A stretch of 64,000 nt of DNA from the NCBI GenBank assembly GCA_963759165.1, contig CAVWXK010000001.1:3203725-3267724 (forward strand), given 5' to 3'. This document shows, one piece after another, positions 55,321 to 64,000 of this stretch. A program made the position numbers and the translations under genes. The first letter of the stretch is position 1; each line of letters starts with the position of its first letter. A model generated the notes under the pieces. It ran no database searches and had not been told where the DNA came from. It saw nothing but the letters and a program-made list of their open reading frames with translations. Source of the DNA: an uncultured Pseudomonadota bacterium (lineage in GTDB: Bacteria; Desulfobacterota; Binatia; Binatales; Binataceae).

Positions 55321-56089
55321 ATGGCGCGCCCGATTCTTGCCCGCTCCGACCAGACGCTAATCGATAGAATAGTGGACTCCTATCTCGATCCGCACACCTA
55401 CGATGCAATCGAGCGATTTCGCGACCATGTGCTCACAGAGCCTCTTTGGAGCTATGAAGCAGCGACAACCCCTGCACGGGCTCATCCATTCTCTCAAGCA
55501 CAGGATGAAAGATCCCGAGCACCTGCGGGACAAGTTGGCTCGCAAGCTCTGCGAATGCCGTAACGCCAACAAAAGGTTTACCGTAACTCCCGACAACCTC
55601 CTAACACGCATAACGGACCTGGCTGGGTGTAGAATTTTGCACCTTCACACGCGTCAAATGGAACGTATTCACCCAGTCCTTTTGGATCTGATTCGAGCTG
55701 CGCAGTGGGTGCTTTTCGAAAAGCCATTCGTTTACGTTTGGGATGAGGAATGGAAGACCTATTTCCAGAGCATAGGAATTCGAACCCGCCCCAGTCCGAG
55801 ACTTTATTCCAGTGTCCACTACGTAGTTAGGGCTAATTTCAAGAGTAAAATTACGTGTGAGATACAGGTTCGAACTCTGGCAGACGAGATTTGGGGAGAG
55901 ATCGATCATCGACTAAATTATCCGAAGCCCCATGCCAGCCTTGCTTGTCGCGAGCAGTTGGCGGCTTTGGCTAGATTGGCTTCAAGCTGCGGGCGACTCG
56001 TCGATTCTATAATCGTTTCAAATGACGAGTGGGAAAGTAATCGCCACATAGTGCGACGGAAAACGCAATCGGCAGCTGGGCGAGGTTAG
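55321..56089 (+). CDS. Stand-alone RelA/SpoT synthetase domain protein (SAS), one frameshift near 55435
   Basis: RMKDPEHLRDKL, DLAGCR, YSSVH, EIQVRT..EIWGEIDH. The frame from ATG 55321 joins the synthetase frame if one base near 55435 is removed. Confidence 0.85.
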
Positions 56090-56207
56090 ACGAGTAACCG
56101 ACAAGCTGGTCGCCGTGAAGGCGCTCTATATTATTTTTTCGGGCGCATGGACGCCTGTGGCTACTGAGCCGCCGACGATCGGCAGAATGGTGCCGGTGGC
56201 GCGGCCG

Positions 56208-57797
56208 CTATGGGCCAGCGAAACTGTTGCGCACCTGGATGTGATCGCTGAGCGATATCGCGCCGCTGATTGAGAACGCCATGGTCTCGACCATCAGGCG
56301 GTCGGCTTCGCTCGGCACGGTGCCCCAGAGTTCGATGTTCTGGCCGCCTAGGCGGAAATGGACTTGCCGATAGCCCTGCATGTCGAGCGTCCTGCGCAAC
56401 ATTATCGATCGCGGCGAGGTATGTTGCGGCTCGGCGCTTTCCGGTGGCACCAGGCCGGGGCGGGACGGCGGCTCTTCGGCCTCCGGTTCCGTCGAATATC
56501 CCGGCGGCGCGATTATCCCTTCGGGTCGCACCGACGCGCGATAACCGCTCACGCCCAGCGTTACGAGGGTGAAGGCGAAGGCCGCGATGAAGATCGCGAG
56601 TATCGCGAAGAGCGGAAAACGGGATCGCCGGCGGCGCTCGGGGCCGCGACGGACATGCGCGCCGTCGGAGGGCACGGCGGCAGGGTCGTCGGGTTCGGGC
56701 AGGATGAAGGTTTCCGCTTCCGAAACATTTACTACATCCCCTGCCTGCAGCACCTGCCTCAGGTCGGCGGCGCAATAGGAACAGAAGCGCGAATTCGCCG
56801 GAATCTTCCTGCCGCAGTCGGGGCAGACGAAGCCGACGCTCGCAGCCATCCTGGTCGGAGCCGACGGCGACGCGCCGGCGCGCGGACTTCCCAACGGCAG
56901 ATTAAGCTGCGGCTTGCCCTGGGTTTTTTGCTGCTGGACGACGGCATTGGTGGCGGACTGGGACGCATCGGACGGCGGCGCCGTCGCGGTCGATGAACCA
57001 AGCTTGATCGCAAGCAGACGGCGCTTGAATTCGCTCGCGCTGGAAATCCGGTTCTCAACGTCGTAAGCGAGCGCGTGATCGACGACTTCCGCCAGCGCTG
57101 GATTGACGTCGGGGATTACCTTCCTGAGCGGAGGAAAGCTGAAAGGCGGCTCCGACGTGGGATCGCGTCCTGTCAACGCGTGATGGATAGTCGCGCCGAG
57201 CGCGTAGAGATCGGAGCGAATTTCGACCTTGCCGCGATATTGTTCGGGCGGCGCGTAGCCCTGCGTGCCGATCATCGTCGCGTTGCTGAGCGGCTGAAAG
57301 TGGCGCGCGATCCCGAAGTCGATAAGCTTGACCAGACCGCCCGGCGTCAGCATCACGTTGGAAGGCTTCAAGTCGCGGTAAACGACGGGAGGAACCAGGT
57401 TGTGCAGATAGTCGAGGGTATCGAGGATTTGCAGCGCGATTTCGAGCAGGCGATCCTGTTCGAGCTTGCCGCCCGCGGCCCTGAGCGCCTGTTCGAGCGT
57501 CACGCCGTCGATAAATTCCATCACCAGATAGTGACGGTTCTGTTCGTTGAAGCGGTCGTAGATTCGCGGAATATGTTCGTTGTTAAGCTCGGCCAGCATG
57601 TCGGCTTCGCGCTGGAAGGACGCTACCGCCTGGCTTTGCATCTGGGGGTTGGTGATGCTGTCGACCATCTCCGCCAGGGCGCACGGACGCGCCGCCAGGC
57701 GCAGATCCTCGGCCAGGTAGACCAGCTTCATGCCGCCGCCGCCGAGCGCTTTGACGACCCGGTAGCGGCTTCCCACGATGGTGTTGGCGCTGATCAT
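56208..57797 (-). CDS. Hanks-type Ser/Thr protein kinase with Zn ribbon, TM and C-terminal BON-like domain
   Basis: LGGGGMK, YRDLKPSN, LIDFG, GTQGYAPPE, CPDC..CSYC, TM. Confidence 0.9.
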   Translation of the reverse strand: MISANTIVGSRYRVVKALGGGGMKLVYLAEDLRLAARPCALAEMVDSITNPQMQSQAVASFQREADMLAELNNEHIPRIYDRFNEQNRHYLVMEFIDGVTLEQALRAAGGKLEQDRLLEIALQILDTLDYLHNLVPPVVYRDLKPSNVMLTPGGLVKLIDFGIARHFQPLSNATMIGTQGYAPPEQYRGKVEIRSDLYALGATIHHALTGRDPTSEPPFSFPPLRKVIPDVNPALAEVVDHALAYDVENRISSASEFKRRLLAIKLGSSTATAPPSDASQSATNAVVQQQKTQGKPQLNLPLGSPRAGASPSAPTRMAASVGFVCPDCGRKIPANSRFCSYCAADLRQVLQAGDVVNVSEAETFILPEPDDPAAVPSDGAHVRRGPERRRRSRFPLFAILAIFIAAFAFTLVTLGVSGYRASVRPEGIIAPPGYSTEPEAEEPPSRPGLVPPESAEPQHTSPRSIMLRRTLDMQGYRQVHFRLGGQNIELWGTVPSEADRLMVETMAFSISGAISLSDHIQVRNSFAGP

Positions 57798-57816
57798 AAG
57801 TGGCCGGTGATCCGGG

Positions 57817-58170
57817 TCATCCTTCGAACTGCTTATGCGGTAACCGATTGCGTCGCCTGTGCTCGAACGCGCCGCCCAGCGCCGCGTTGACCGCACATAT
57901 GATGTGCAGCAAGAATCCCAGCGGCGTCGCGAAATACCCGAACGTCACCAGAAAAAACCATCCCACCGCTCGCCCCAAACGGCTCTTATAAAGATGTCCC
58001 AGCCCCGGCACGATGCTCAGGGCAAAAGCGATCCATGGATTCCAGCCAAGCCCGTCTTTCAGCCCAGGGCCGGTCATCAGGGCCGCGCCGCATTCCTTGC
58101 AGAAACTGGCGTCCGTTACCATCACCGACCCGCCGCAGCTCGAACAAAAGCGCGGCGTCGCGCCCCACAT
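57817..58170 (-). CDS. Small Zn-ribbon membrane protein
   Basis: CSSCG..CKECG, IAFALSIVPGLGHLY, TMs; ATG 1 nt after the upstream stop. Confidence 0.75.
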   Translation of the reverse strand: MWGATPRFCSSCGGSVMVTDASFCKECGAALMTGPGLKDGLGWNPWIAFALSIVPGLGHLYKSRLGRAVGWFFLVTFGYFATPLGFLLHIICAVNAALGGAFEHRRRNRLPHKQFEG

Positions 58171-58171
58171 T

Positions 58172-59470
58172 TCAGATGCGGAAGGTGATCTGGGCATCGC
58201 CAAGCCTGATCGCGTCGCCGTCAGCCAAGAGCGCTTCGGCCACGCGCTGTCCACGAACATAGGTGCCGTTATGGCTGCCGAGGTCTTTGATATGGAAGCT
58301 TCCGTTCGAGGCGGTAATGACGGCGTGATGGCGCGAGACCGAGACGTCTTCCAACACGAAGTCGTTGTCCAGAGCGCGTCCCAAACGAATCGTCGCGCCC
58401 GCGGTTATCATCAAGCGTCGGCCGGCACCGTCTATCAGATGAGGCCCTTGAGCCGCCGCCGCGACGGACGGCGTAACGCCCAGCGGAGCCGCCTGACGAT
58501 CGCTTGCGCCCGCGGCGGCCCCCGCAAAAGCCGTGCGAGGAATCAGGCTGCCCGCGCCCTTGCGCACATGAAAGCTTAGTTCGTAGTTCGAGATTTTTAT
58601 TCGATCGCCGTCGCGGAGTTCGGCGCTCTCGATTCGCTCGCCGTTTAGAAGCGTGCCTTCCTGGATGCTCAGATCCTTGATGATGAAGGCCTGGCCCCGG
58701 CGCTCGATTCGGGCGTGGCGCGCGAGCACGCCGGGATCGCCGAACAGACCGACTTCGTTTTCCTCGGCGCGGCCGAGCGATGCGACGGCCCGTTCGAGGC
58801 GGTATTCGCGGCCGCGCAGGCGTCCGGCCTCGACCTTGAGCCAAGCCTGCTTGGTCAACTCGTGCACCAGTCCGATCAGGAGTCCGATCGCAAGGCCGAT
58901 CATCGCGACGCCAAAAAGACGCGAGAGCGCGCCGCCGGTGAAGGTGCCGATCAAGTCGAAGAGCAGACCGCCGACAAATCCGCCGACCCATCCGCCCGCC
59001 GCGCCCTTTAAGACATTGCTCAGCGAGAACGTCGCCGCTCCGACTCCGGCGCCGAGCATCACGCCCATCAGGGTCCATCCGACCAGTCGACCCGCAATCA
59101 GGAAGGCGATCGAACCGGGCTGATTAATGCCCCATCCGCCCGCCGCCAGGATGTAGCTGAAGGCCAGATTCGAATAGTAGGTGGCCGGAAACGACAGGAC
59201 GAAGCAGATAGCCGCGCCCCTCAGGAAACGGCGCGTGGTGAGCGGCGTCAGAGCGAGAGTCTGCTCTTCGCTGGCGACGATCATTCCGCCGATGAGCGCC
59301 GACAGCAGCGCCATCGAGACGAAGCTCCATAGCTGGTCCCAGGAAGTTTGAGCCTGCGTGAGAGAATGACCGTAGCTCGCGAGTTCGACCGGCAGCCATC
59401 CGACCGCGCCGCCGCCGAGGCCGGCCAGCGCCTTAAAGCTCAGTTCGCGCCGGTTGATTCCGCCGTTCAT
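58172..59470 (-). CDS. Multi-TM protein with two FHA domains
   Basis: LGRA..ARHARI..DLSIQEGTLLNG and LGRA..VSRHHA..DLGSHNGTYV; Gly-rich TM N-terminus. Confidence 0.88.
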   Translation of the reverse strand: MNGGINRRELSFKALAGLGGGAVGWLPVELASYGHSLTQAQTSWDQLWSFVSMALLSALIGGMIVASEEQTLALTPLTTRRFLRGAAICFVLSFPATYYSNLAFSYILAAGGWGINQPGSIAFLIAGRLVGWTLMGVMLGAGVGAATFSLSNVLKGAAGGWVGGFVGGLLFDLIGTFTGGALSRLFGVAMIGLAIGLLIGLVHELTKQAWLKVEAGRLRGREYRLERAVASLGRAEENEVGLFGDPGVLARHARIERRGQAFIIKDLSIQEGTLLNGERIESAELRDGDRIKISNYELSFHVRKGAGSLIPRTAFAGAAAGASDRQAAPLGVTPSVAAAAQGPHLIDGAGRRLMITAGATIRLGRALDNDFVLEDVSVSRHHAVITASNGSFHIKDLGSHNGTYVRGQRVAEALLADGDAIRLGDAQITFRI

Positions 59471-59686
59471 TGCTGTGGTTACGAGGCAACTGCCGATCTG
59501 CTTGCGGCCAACATCCCTGATAAGCGTGACGCGGGCCGGCGAGAGCGAATCCGCTTCCACCGGCGCGACACCTCAACCATAATAGCCTGCCTCATACCGT
59601 CGGAAAACCGTGCGACGCGAACGGCTGGTTTTTCACGTCGCGGTTCGAGATCGGCGGTTGAGTGAATCCTGAAACACGGAGCGTCT

Positions 59687-60928
59687 ATGGCCGATAAGAC
59701 TTTGATGCCTGAGCGGTTCGGACCGCTACAGGGAGTACGAATCGTTTCGAGCGGTACCCTGATCGCGCAGCCATTTGCCGCCACGCTGGCCGCCGAGATG
59801 GGGGCCGAGGTGATTCAGATCGAACGCCCCGGCATCGGCGACGTCGGATGGCGGCAGACCGGCGCCAAACTCAAGACTCGCTACGGCGGCACGGAGATAT
59901 CGGCCAACTGGATTCAGGATCGCCGCAACATGTTCTGCGTCACGCTGGATTTGTCCAAACCCAAGGGCCGGGAAATTTTCCTGCGGCTCCTCGATCGGGC
60001 GGAAATCTGGATGGAAAGCTCCAAGCCCGGAAGCTATTCCGGATGGAATCTCGACGACGCGACGATCCTCGCGCGCAATCCAAAGCTCGTCATCACCCAT
60101 GTCTCGGGCTACGGCCAGAACGGAGATCCCGGCTATATAGCGCGCACATCCTACGATGTCGTCGGACAGGCGTTCGGCGGAACGATGTATCAGACCGGAT
60201 TTCCCGATCCGATGCCGCCGACGCGCGCCGCGCCATGGACCGGCGACTATATGACCGGACTGTTCACGCTCTGTTCGTCGCTTGCCGGATTGACCCATGC
60301 TCGAGCCATCGGGCGGGGCCAGGCGATAGACCTCGCGCAATACGAAGCGATCCATCGCACGCTCGGGGGCACGATGATCGAGTACTTCCATCAGGGGCTC
60401 GTGCGGGAGCGCTCAGGCAACAGGGCCACCGCGTTTCAGCCGCTCGATACGTTCCAGGCCTCCGACGGATGGGTGGTGGTGGGAGCGTTGTCCGCGGTCT
60501 ACGATCGCCTGTGCGTGGTGATCGGGCTGGATCCCGCGGAGCCGAAATGGCAAAGCGCGCGGGTCAATCTCGAATCGGTCGAGGGAATCGAGTTCGACGC
60601 CATCCTGCGCGGCTGGATCGCGGAACGCACGATCTCCGAGGTGGTGCGCATCCTGAATGAGGCGCAGGTCGCCTGCTCGCCGATCATGTCGAGCAGGGAC
60701 ATGGCCGAGAACCCGCAATACAAGGCTCGCGCGATGCACGTCGAATGGACCGACGAGATGGTGGGGCCGGTCAAAGGCATCGGCATCGTGCCGAAGTTTA
60801 CGGCGACGCCCGGCAAAGTCTGGCGCGGCTCCGTCGGCATCGGCCACGACAATCAGCGCGTGTACGGCGGATTGCTCGGCCTGAGCGAGAACGAGATGGA
60901 CAGTCTCAAGCGCGACGGCGTCATCTGA
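59687..60928 (+). CDS. Class III CoA-transferase (CaiB/BaiF)
   Basis: FGPLQGVRI, GAEVIQIERP, SGYGQ, TGDYMTG (catalytic Asp). Confidence 0.92.
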   Translation: MADKTLMPERFGPLQGVRIVSSGTLIAQPFAATLAAEMGAEVIQIERPGIGDVGWRQTGAKLKTRYGGTEISANWIQDRRNMFCVTLDLSKPKGREIFLRLLDRAEIWMESSKPGSYSGWNLDDATILARNPKLVITHVSGYGQNGDPGYIARTSYDVVGQAFGGTMYQTGFPDPMPPTRAAPWTGDYMTGLFTLCSSLAGLTHARAIGRGQAIDLAQYEAIHRTLGGTMIEYFHQGLVRERSGNRATAFQPLDTFQASDGWVVVGALSAVYDRLCVVIGLDPAEPKWQSARVNLESVEGIEFDAILRGWIAERTISEVVRILNEAQVACSPIMSSRDMAENPQYKARAMHVEWTDEMVGPVKGIGIVPKFTATPGKVWRGSVGIGHDNQRVYGGLLGLSENEMDSLKRDGVI

Positions 60929-61038
60929 CCGGGCTCAACCGCACGTCGCCGACTCTGGCGCAGAGCCGGAATCGATCCGCGGCTTGTTGCCCCGATCGTC
61001 TCACTGTACGATTCTTCGCGCGGCGAGGAGCGCATCGG

Positions 61039-62268
61039 ATGGAAAAGGCCAAATTTTACCAGGAGGCTCGGACCGACCTGTCCGGACCGCTTGCGGGAAT
61101 CAAGGTCGTGGAGACCACGACCACATGGGCCGGCCCGATGTGCGGCTGCATGCTGGCGGATCTCGGCGCCAACGTCATCAAGATCGAGCTTCCCGGCGGC
61201 GAGGTGTCGCGCCATGTCGTCCCCTTTCTTCCCGGAACCAATCCGCCGGTTTCGTTCATGCACGCCTCGGTCAATCGCAACAAGCGCAGCATGACGCTCG
61301 ACCTGCGACGGCCCGAGGGCCGCGACCTGTTTCTGCGGCTGGCCGCGAGCGCGGACGTGATCGTCGAGAACTTCCGTCCCGGCGTGATGCATCGATGGGG
61401 CCTCGGCTTTGACGAAGTGCGCAAGGTCAAGTCCGACATCGTCTACGTCTCGATCAGCGGCTACGGCCACTTCGGCCCGGACCGATCGCGCGCCGGCTAC
61501 AACGTCCTGTCGCAGGCGCGCAGCGGATTTCTCTCGCTCAACGGCGAGCGTGACGGCTCTCCGGTCAGGGCGGCGACCTATTTGGGCGACGACCTGGGCG
61601 GACTTCACGGGGCGATCGCCGCGCTCGCGGCACTGCGCCATCGCGACCGCACCGGCGAGGGTCAGCACGTCGATATTGCCCTGCTCGACTCGATGCTGTT
61701 CCAATCCAACGGTTTCCTGACGCTGGCGGCGATGGGTGTTAAGCTCGAGCGGCTCGGCAACGAGTTTCCGTTCGCGGTGCCGGCGAATGCTTACCGATGT
61801 AGCGACGGCTACGTGATGATCGTGATTTTGGTAGACGCGCATTGGCGGGCGGCGGCGCGGCTTATCGGCCGACCTGAACTCGCCCACCATCCGGACTACG
61901 AAACCGTTGCCGCTCGCGTCGCGCATCGCGCGGATCTGAACGAAATGATGGGGCAATGGTTCGCGCAGCATACGGTCGATGAGGCGATCAAACGCTTTGC
62001 CGCCGAAGGCCTGTCGATCGCGCCGGTTCAGACCTACGCTGACTCGGCGCGCGATCCGCAGGTTCTGGCGCGCGACATGCTCCAACCCACGCCGCAGGCA
62101 GACGGAACGATCGCGCCGATCACCGGCCCCGCGGCCAAGTTCTCGCGCACGCCGACCAAGGTGCGAACCGGCGCGCCCGCGCTCGGCGCGCACACCGAGG
62201 AGATTCTGCGCGAACTCGGCATCGACGACAGCGAGCTGCCGCGTCTGCGCGAAGCGAAAATCGTTTAA
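61039..62268 (+). CDS. Class III CoA-transferase (CaiB/BaiF)
   Basis: GPLAGIKV, NRNKRS, ENFRPG, LGDDLGG, PALGAHT. Confidence 0.92.
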   Translation: MEKAKFYQEARTDLSGPLAGIKVVETTTTWAGPMCGCMLADLGANVIKIELPGGEVSRHVVPFLPGTNPPVSFMHASVNRNKRSMTLDLRRPEGRDLFLRLAASADVIVENFRPGVMHRWGLGFDEVRKVKSDIVYVSISGYGHFGPDRSRAGYNVLSQARSGFLSLNGERDGSPVRAATYLGDDLGGLHGAIAALAALRHRDRTGEGQHVDIALLDSMLFQSNGFLTLAAMGVKLERLGNEFPFAVPANAYRCSDGYVMIVILVDAHWRAAARLIGRPELAHHPDYETVAARVAHRADLNEMMGQWFAQHTVDEAIKRFAAEGLSIAPVQTYADSARDPQVLARDMLQPTPQADGTIAPITGPAAKFSRTPTKVRTGAPALGAHTEEILRELGIDDSELPRLREAKIV

Positions 62269-62308
62269 CGGACTAGGCGGGCTTGCCGGCTCACGGGAAA
62301 TAAGCCGA

Positions 62309-62668
62309 TCAACTCAAACCTTCGGCCCTTGCTGCGATGAGAATCCTTGTGGCTTCAGCCAAACGGCGACATTTCTCCCTGTCATTAGCACCTTCGATAA
62401 GAGAATGAGCCGGGTTTTCAGGTAAGGGATCATGCCGAACAGTAAAACCCAAAGATCTCGGGACTCGGGCTACAATGATGCCCAAGGCAAAATTCGGCCG
62501 TGAAGCCAAGCTTGCTTCCGGAGTGGTAAGCCTTGCAAGGTCCACTGAAATTTGCGGATCCGGTTTACCGCACAGCTTGAATGCGGCTGACGCGACGGAA
62601 CCGTCGGGCTTTATGAAGTTTGGAGAAAGTCGGCGATAAAGTTCATCGCTGTCGTCAATCGGTTCCAA
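62309..62668 (-). CDS. Hypothetical 119-aa protein, putative ADP-ribosyltransferase-fold toxin
   Basis: ELYRR ... AAFK ... ISVD ... HDP..NPAHSLI pattern; TTG start 4 nt after the upstream stop. Function is inferred. Confidence 0.55.
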   Translation of the reverse strand: MEPIDDSDELYRRLSPNFIKPDGSVASAAFKLCGKPDPQISVDLARLTTPEASLASRPNFALGIIVARVPRSLGFTVRHDPLPENPAHSLIEGANDREKCRRLAEATRILIAARAEGLS

Positions 62669-62672
62669 GGCT

Positions 62673-63356
62673 TCAGGCGTTGAGTCTAGGTGCTATCGCA
62701 CGACCCACTGTTTCGAAGATCTTTGTCAGCGAGACACGTTCTCTCTCCTCGAACTTTCTCTCTCCCGCGCGGCGTTCTACAAGCAGATAGCTGAGGCTTC
62801 CGTCTGGTCCAATCTCGACCTCAAGTTCGGCTTCCGGTCCTGCCCATTCAATTTGCACGCCACCGCCAGCAATTGGAACTACTGCATAGGGTCTAGCTAG
62901 CTCGCCTGAGAGACCACCGAATTTTTCAGCCACCTCGATTACCAACCGTCGGGCTGCCGAGATCGCTTGCGAAGACGGCGGCGCGCCACCATACGAGTCC
63001 CAGTCCTGAGCGAGACCGGAAAGCTGAACTAACCGCTGCAAAGCGGGTTGCAGTGAGACCCCTGTCTTCGGCGTGGCCCGTGTATCTGCAGCAGGCTCAT
63101 CGGAAAACACCTGCAGCAGAGCTGCTATCAACCGGATATATGTGGCACCCGGACGGACATCAGCGCTAAAAGTCCGCAGAGGTAGCGCCAACATATGACT
63201 TGAGAGTATTTCTCCATAGAAGATGCGGCGTATTTGTTCGAGATTTGGAGTGTAGGAGGCCGCAGAACCACGTACCATCTCAGGAGGAAGCGCACCTGTT
63301 GCTGATGTTTTAGACGGTTCGGCTGTTCTTGAAACTATCAGCGTGGACGTTCTCAC
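62673..63356 (-). CDS. Hypothetical protein (putative antitoxin)
   Basis: Low-complexity N-half; C-domain LQRLVQL..L..DWDSYGG.PP...VP..GGGVQIEW...LEVEI.PDG. Confidence 0.6.
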   Translation of the reverse strand: MRTSTLIVSRTAEPSKTSATGALPPEMVRGSAASYTPNLEQIRRIFYGEILSSHMLALPLRTFSADVRPGATYIRLIAALLQVFSDEPAADTRATPKTGVSLQPALQRLVQLSGLAQDWDSYGGAPPSSQAISAARRLVIEVAEKFGGLSGELARPYAVVPIAGGGVQIEWAGPEAELEVEIGPDGSLSYLLVERRAGERKFEERERVSLTKIFETVGRAIAPRLNA

Positions 63357-63390
63357 GTGTAGCGGAGGTGTTGGTTTCTGGCACCGGCAA

Positions 63391-64000
63391 TTAAGCTCCC
63401 GAAGAATTCCGTATGGGGAAGTACAAATCGACTATCTTGTTGAGTTCGTCAGCGGCGCGCTCAAACATTGAAGCCATCTCAGATTTATCGAAACGGCGCT
63501 GCTCCCGTTCTTCTGCCAAAGTGTTCATGTCCTGTTCCACTAGGACGTTCTGATATGGCTGGCCAGCCGTCTTTATACGTATCCAGCTATTGACACGCAG
63601 ATTCGGAAGTAACGAGAAGACCTTATGTGCGTGAAGCTCGAAACCCTCAGGGCGGTTTAGGGGGCCGCGCAACCACTCATCGCGGCAGAACTTTTCAGCA
63701 AGCAGACGCCCCGGTTGCGGGATAGCAGCGAGCCGAGTAACAAGCGCCGCCAAGCGGCCTGGGCTGGCTCCATTCTTTTTAAAGATCCAAGCCATTCGCT
63801 CAGCAAAGCCCGCGTAAATTTCCGCTAGATCAGCTTGGGCACCGGCCTGTTGATGCCAGAAGAGGTTTAGTCGCTCTCTCGCTACTTGTAGGCTTAGTGT
63901 TTTGTCCTTACTTGATAGCACAACTGCGGGGATTTCTCCCGGAACATCGGGCGGTAGCGGAAGCGACAAAGGCTCTCCGTCGTATACGTCTCCCCATTCC
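63391..64000 (-). CDS. Hypothetical protein, TIGR04255-like/possible SecB-fold chaperone, 5' end beyond window
   Basis: Frame is open to the window edge (EWGDVYDGEPLSLPLPPDVPGEIP...); GRLAALV and VEQDMNT motifs. Confidence 0.6.
   Translation of the reverse strand, partial: EWGDVYDGEPLSLPLPPDVPGEIPAVVLSSKDKTLSLQVARERLNLFWHQQAGAQADLAEIYAGFAERMAWIFKKNGASPGRLAALVTRLAAIPQPGRLLAEKFCRDEWLRGPLNRPEGFELHAHKVFSLLPNLRVNSWIRIKTAGQPYQNVLVEQDMNTLAEEREQRRFDKSEMASMFERAADELNKIVDLYFPIRNSSGA

Overview
64 kb of a high-GC diderm bacterial chromosome; gene content looks Deltaproteobacteria-like, possibly Ca. Binatota (inference only). Most of it is housekeeping or metabolic: hemW, murJ, hldE, a dacA-kdsB-pyrG-kdsA-lptC-lptA-rpoN-hpf-ptsN-rapZ superoperon that lacks lptB, dciA, nrdJ with NrdR boxes, thpR-recA, acyl-CoA dehydrogenases, SDRs, CoA-transferases and an FHA/Ser-Thr kinase operon. 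Four accessory modules stand out. (1) A lower-GC, translationally coupled three-gene cassette (putative wHTH protein, ParA-type ATPase, stand-alone RelA/SpoT small alarmone synthetase) lies behind a degenerate tRNA-3'-end-like sequence (53.5-56.1 kb). (2) A lower-GC triad at the right edge (62.3-64 kb) looks like chaperone-antitoxin-ADP-ribosyltransferase toxin, i.e. TAC/CmdTAC-like logic in reversed order. (3) A probably Fur-controlled operon runs bfd-bfr-(dps stub fused to cupredoxin)-haem c protein-outer-membrane barrel-multicopper oxidase. (4) An intact IS1595-family element (27-bp TIRs, 8-bp TSD) carries a membrane passenger gene and an unannotated 51-aa Cys/His mini-ORF, and both TIRs supply the -35 of inward promoters. 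Also present are a plant EXORDIUM/PHI-1-like gene, two REP-like repeat families and a perfect 44-bp palindrome. A dense run of single-base frameshifts in essential genes (25-32 kb) is most likely assembly error. No CRISPR array, rRNA or intact tRNA was seen.
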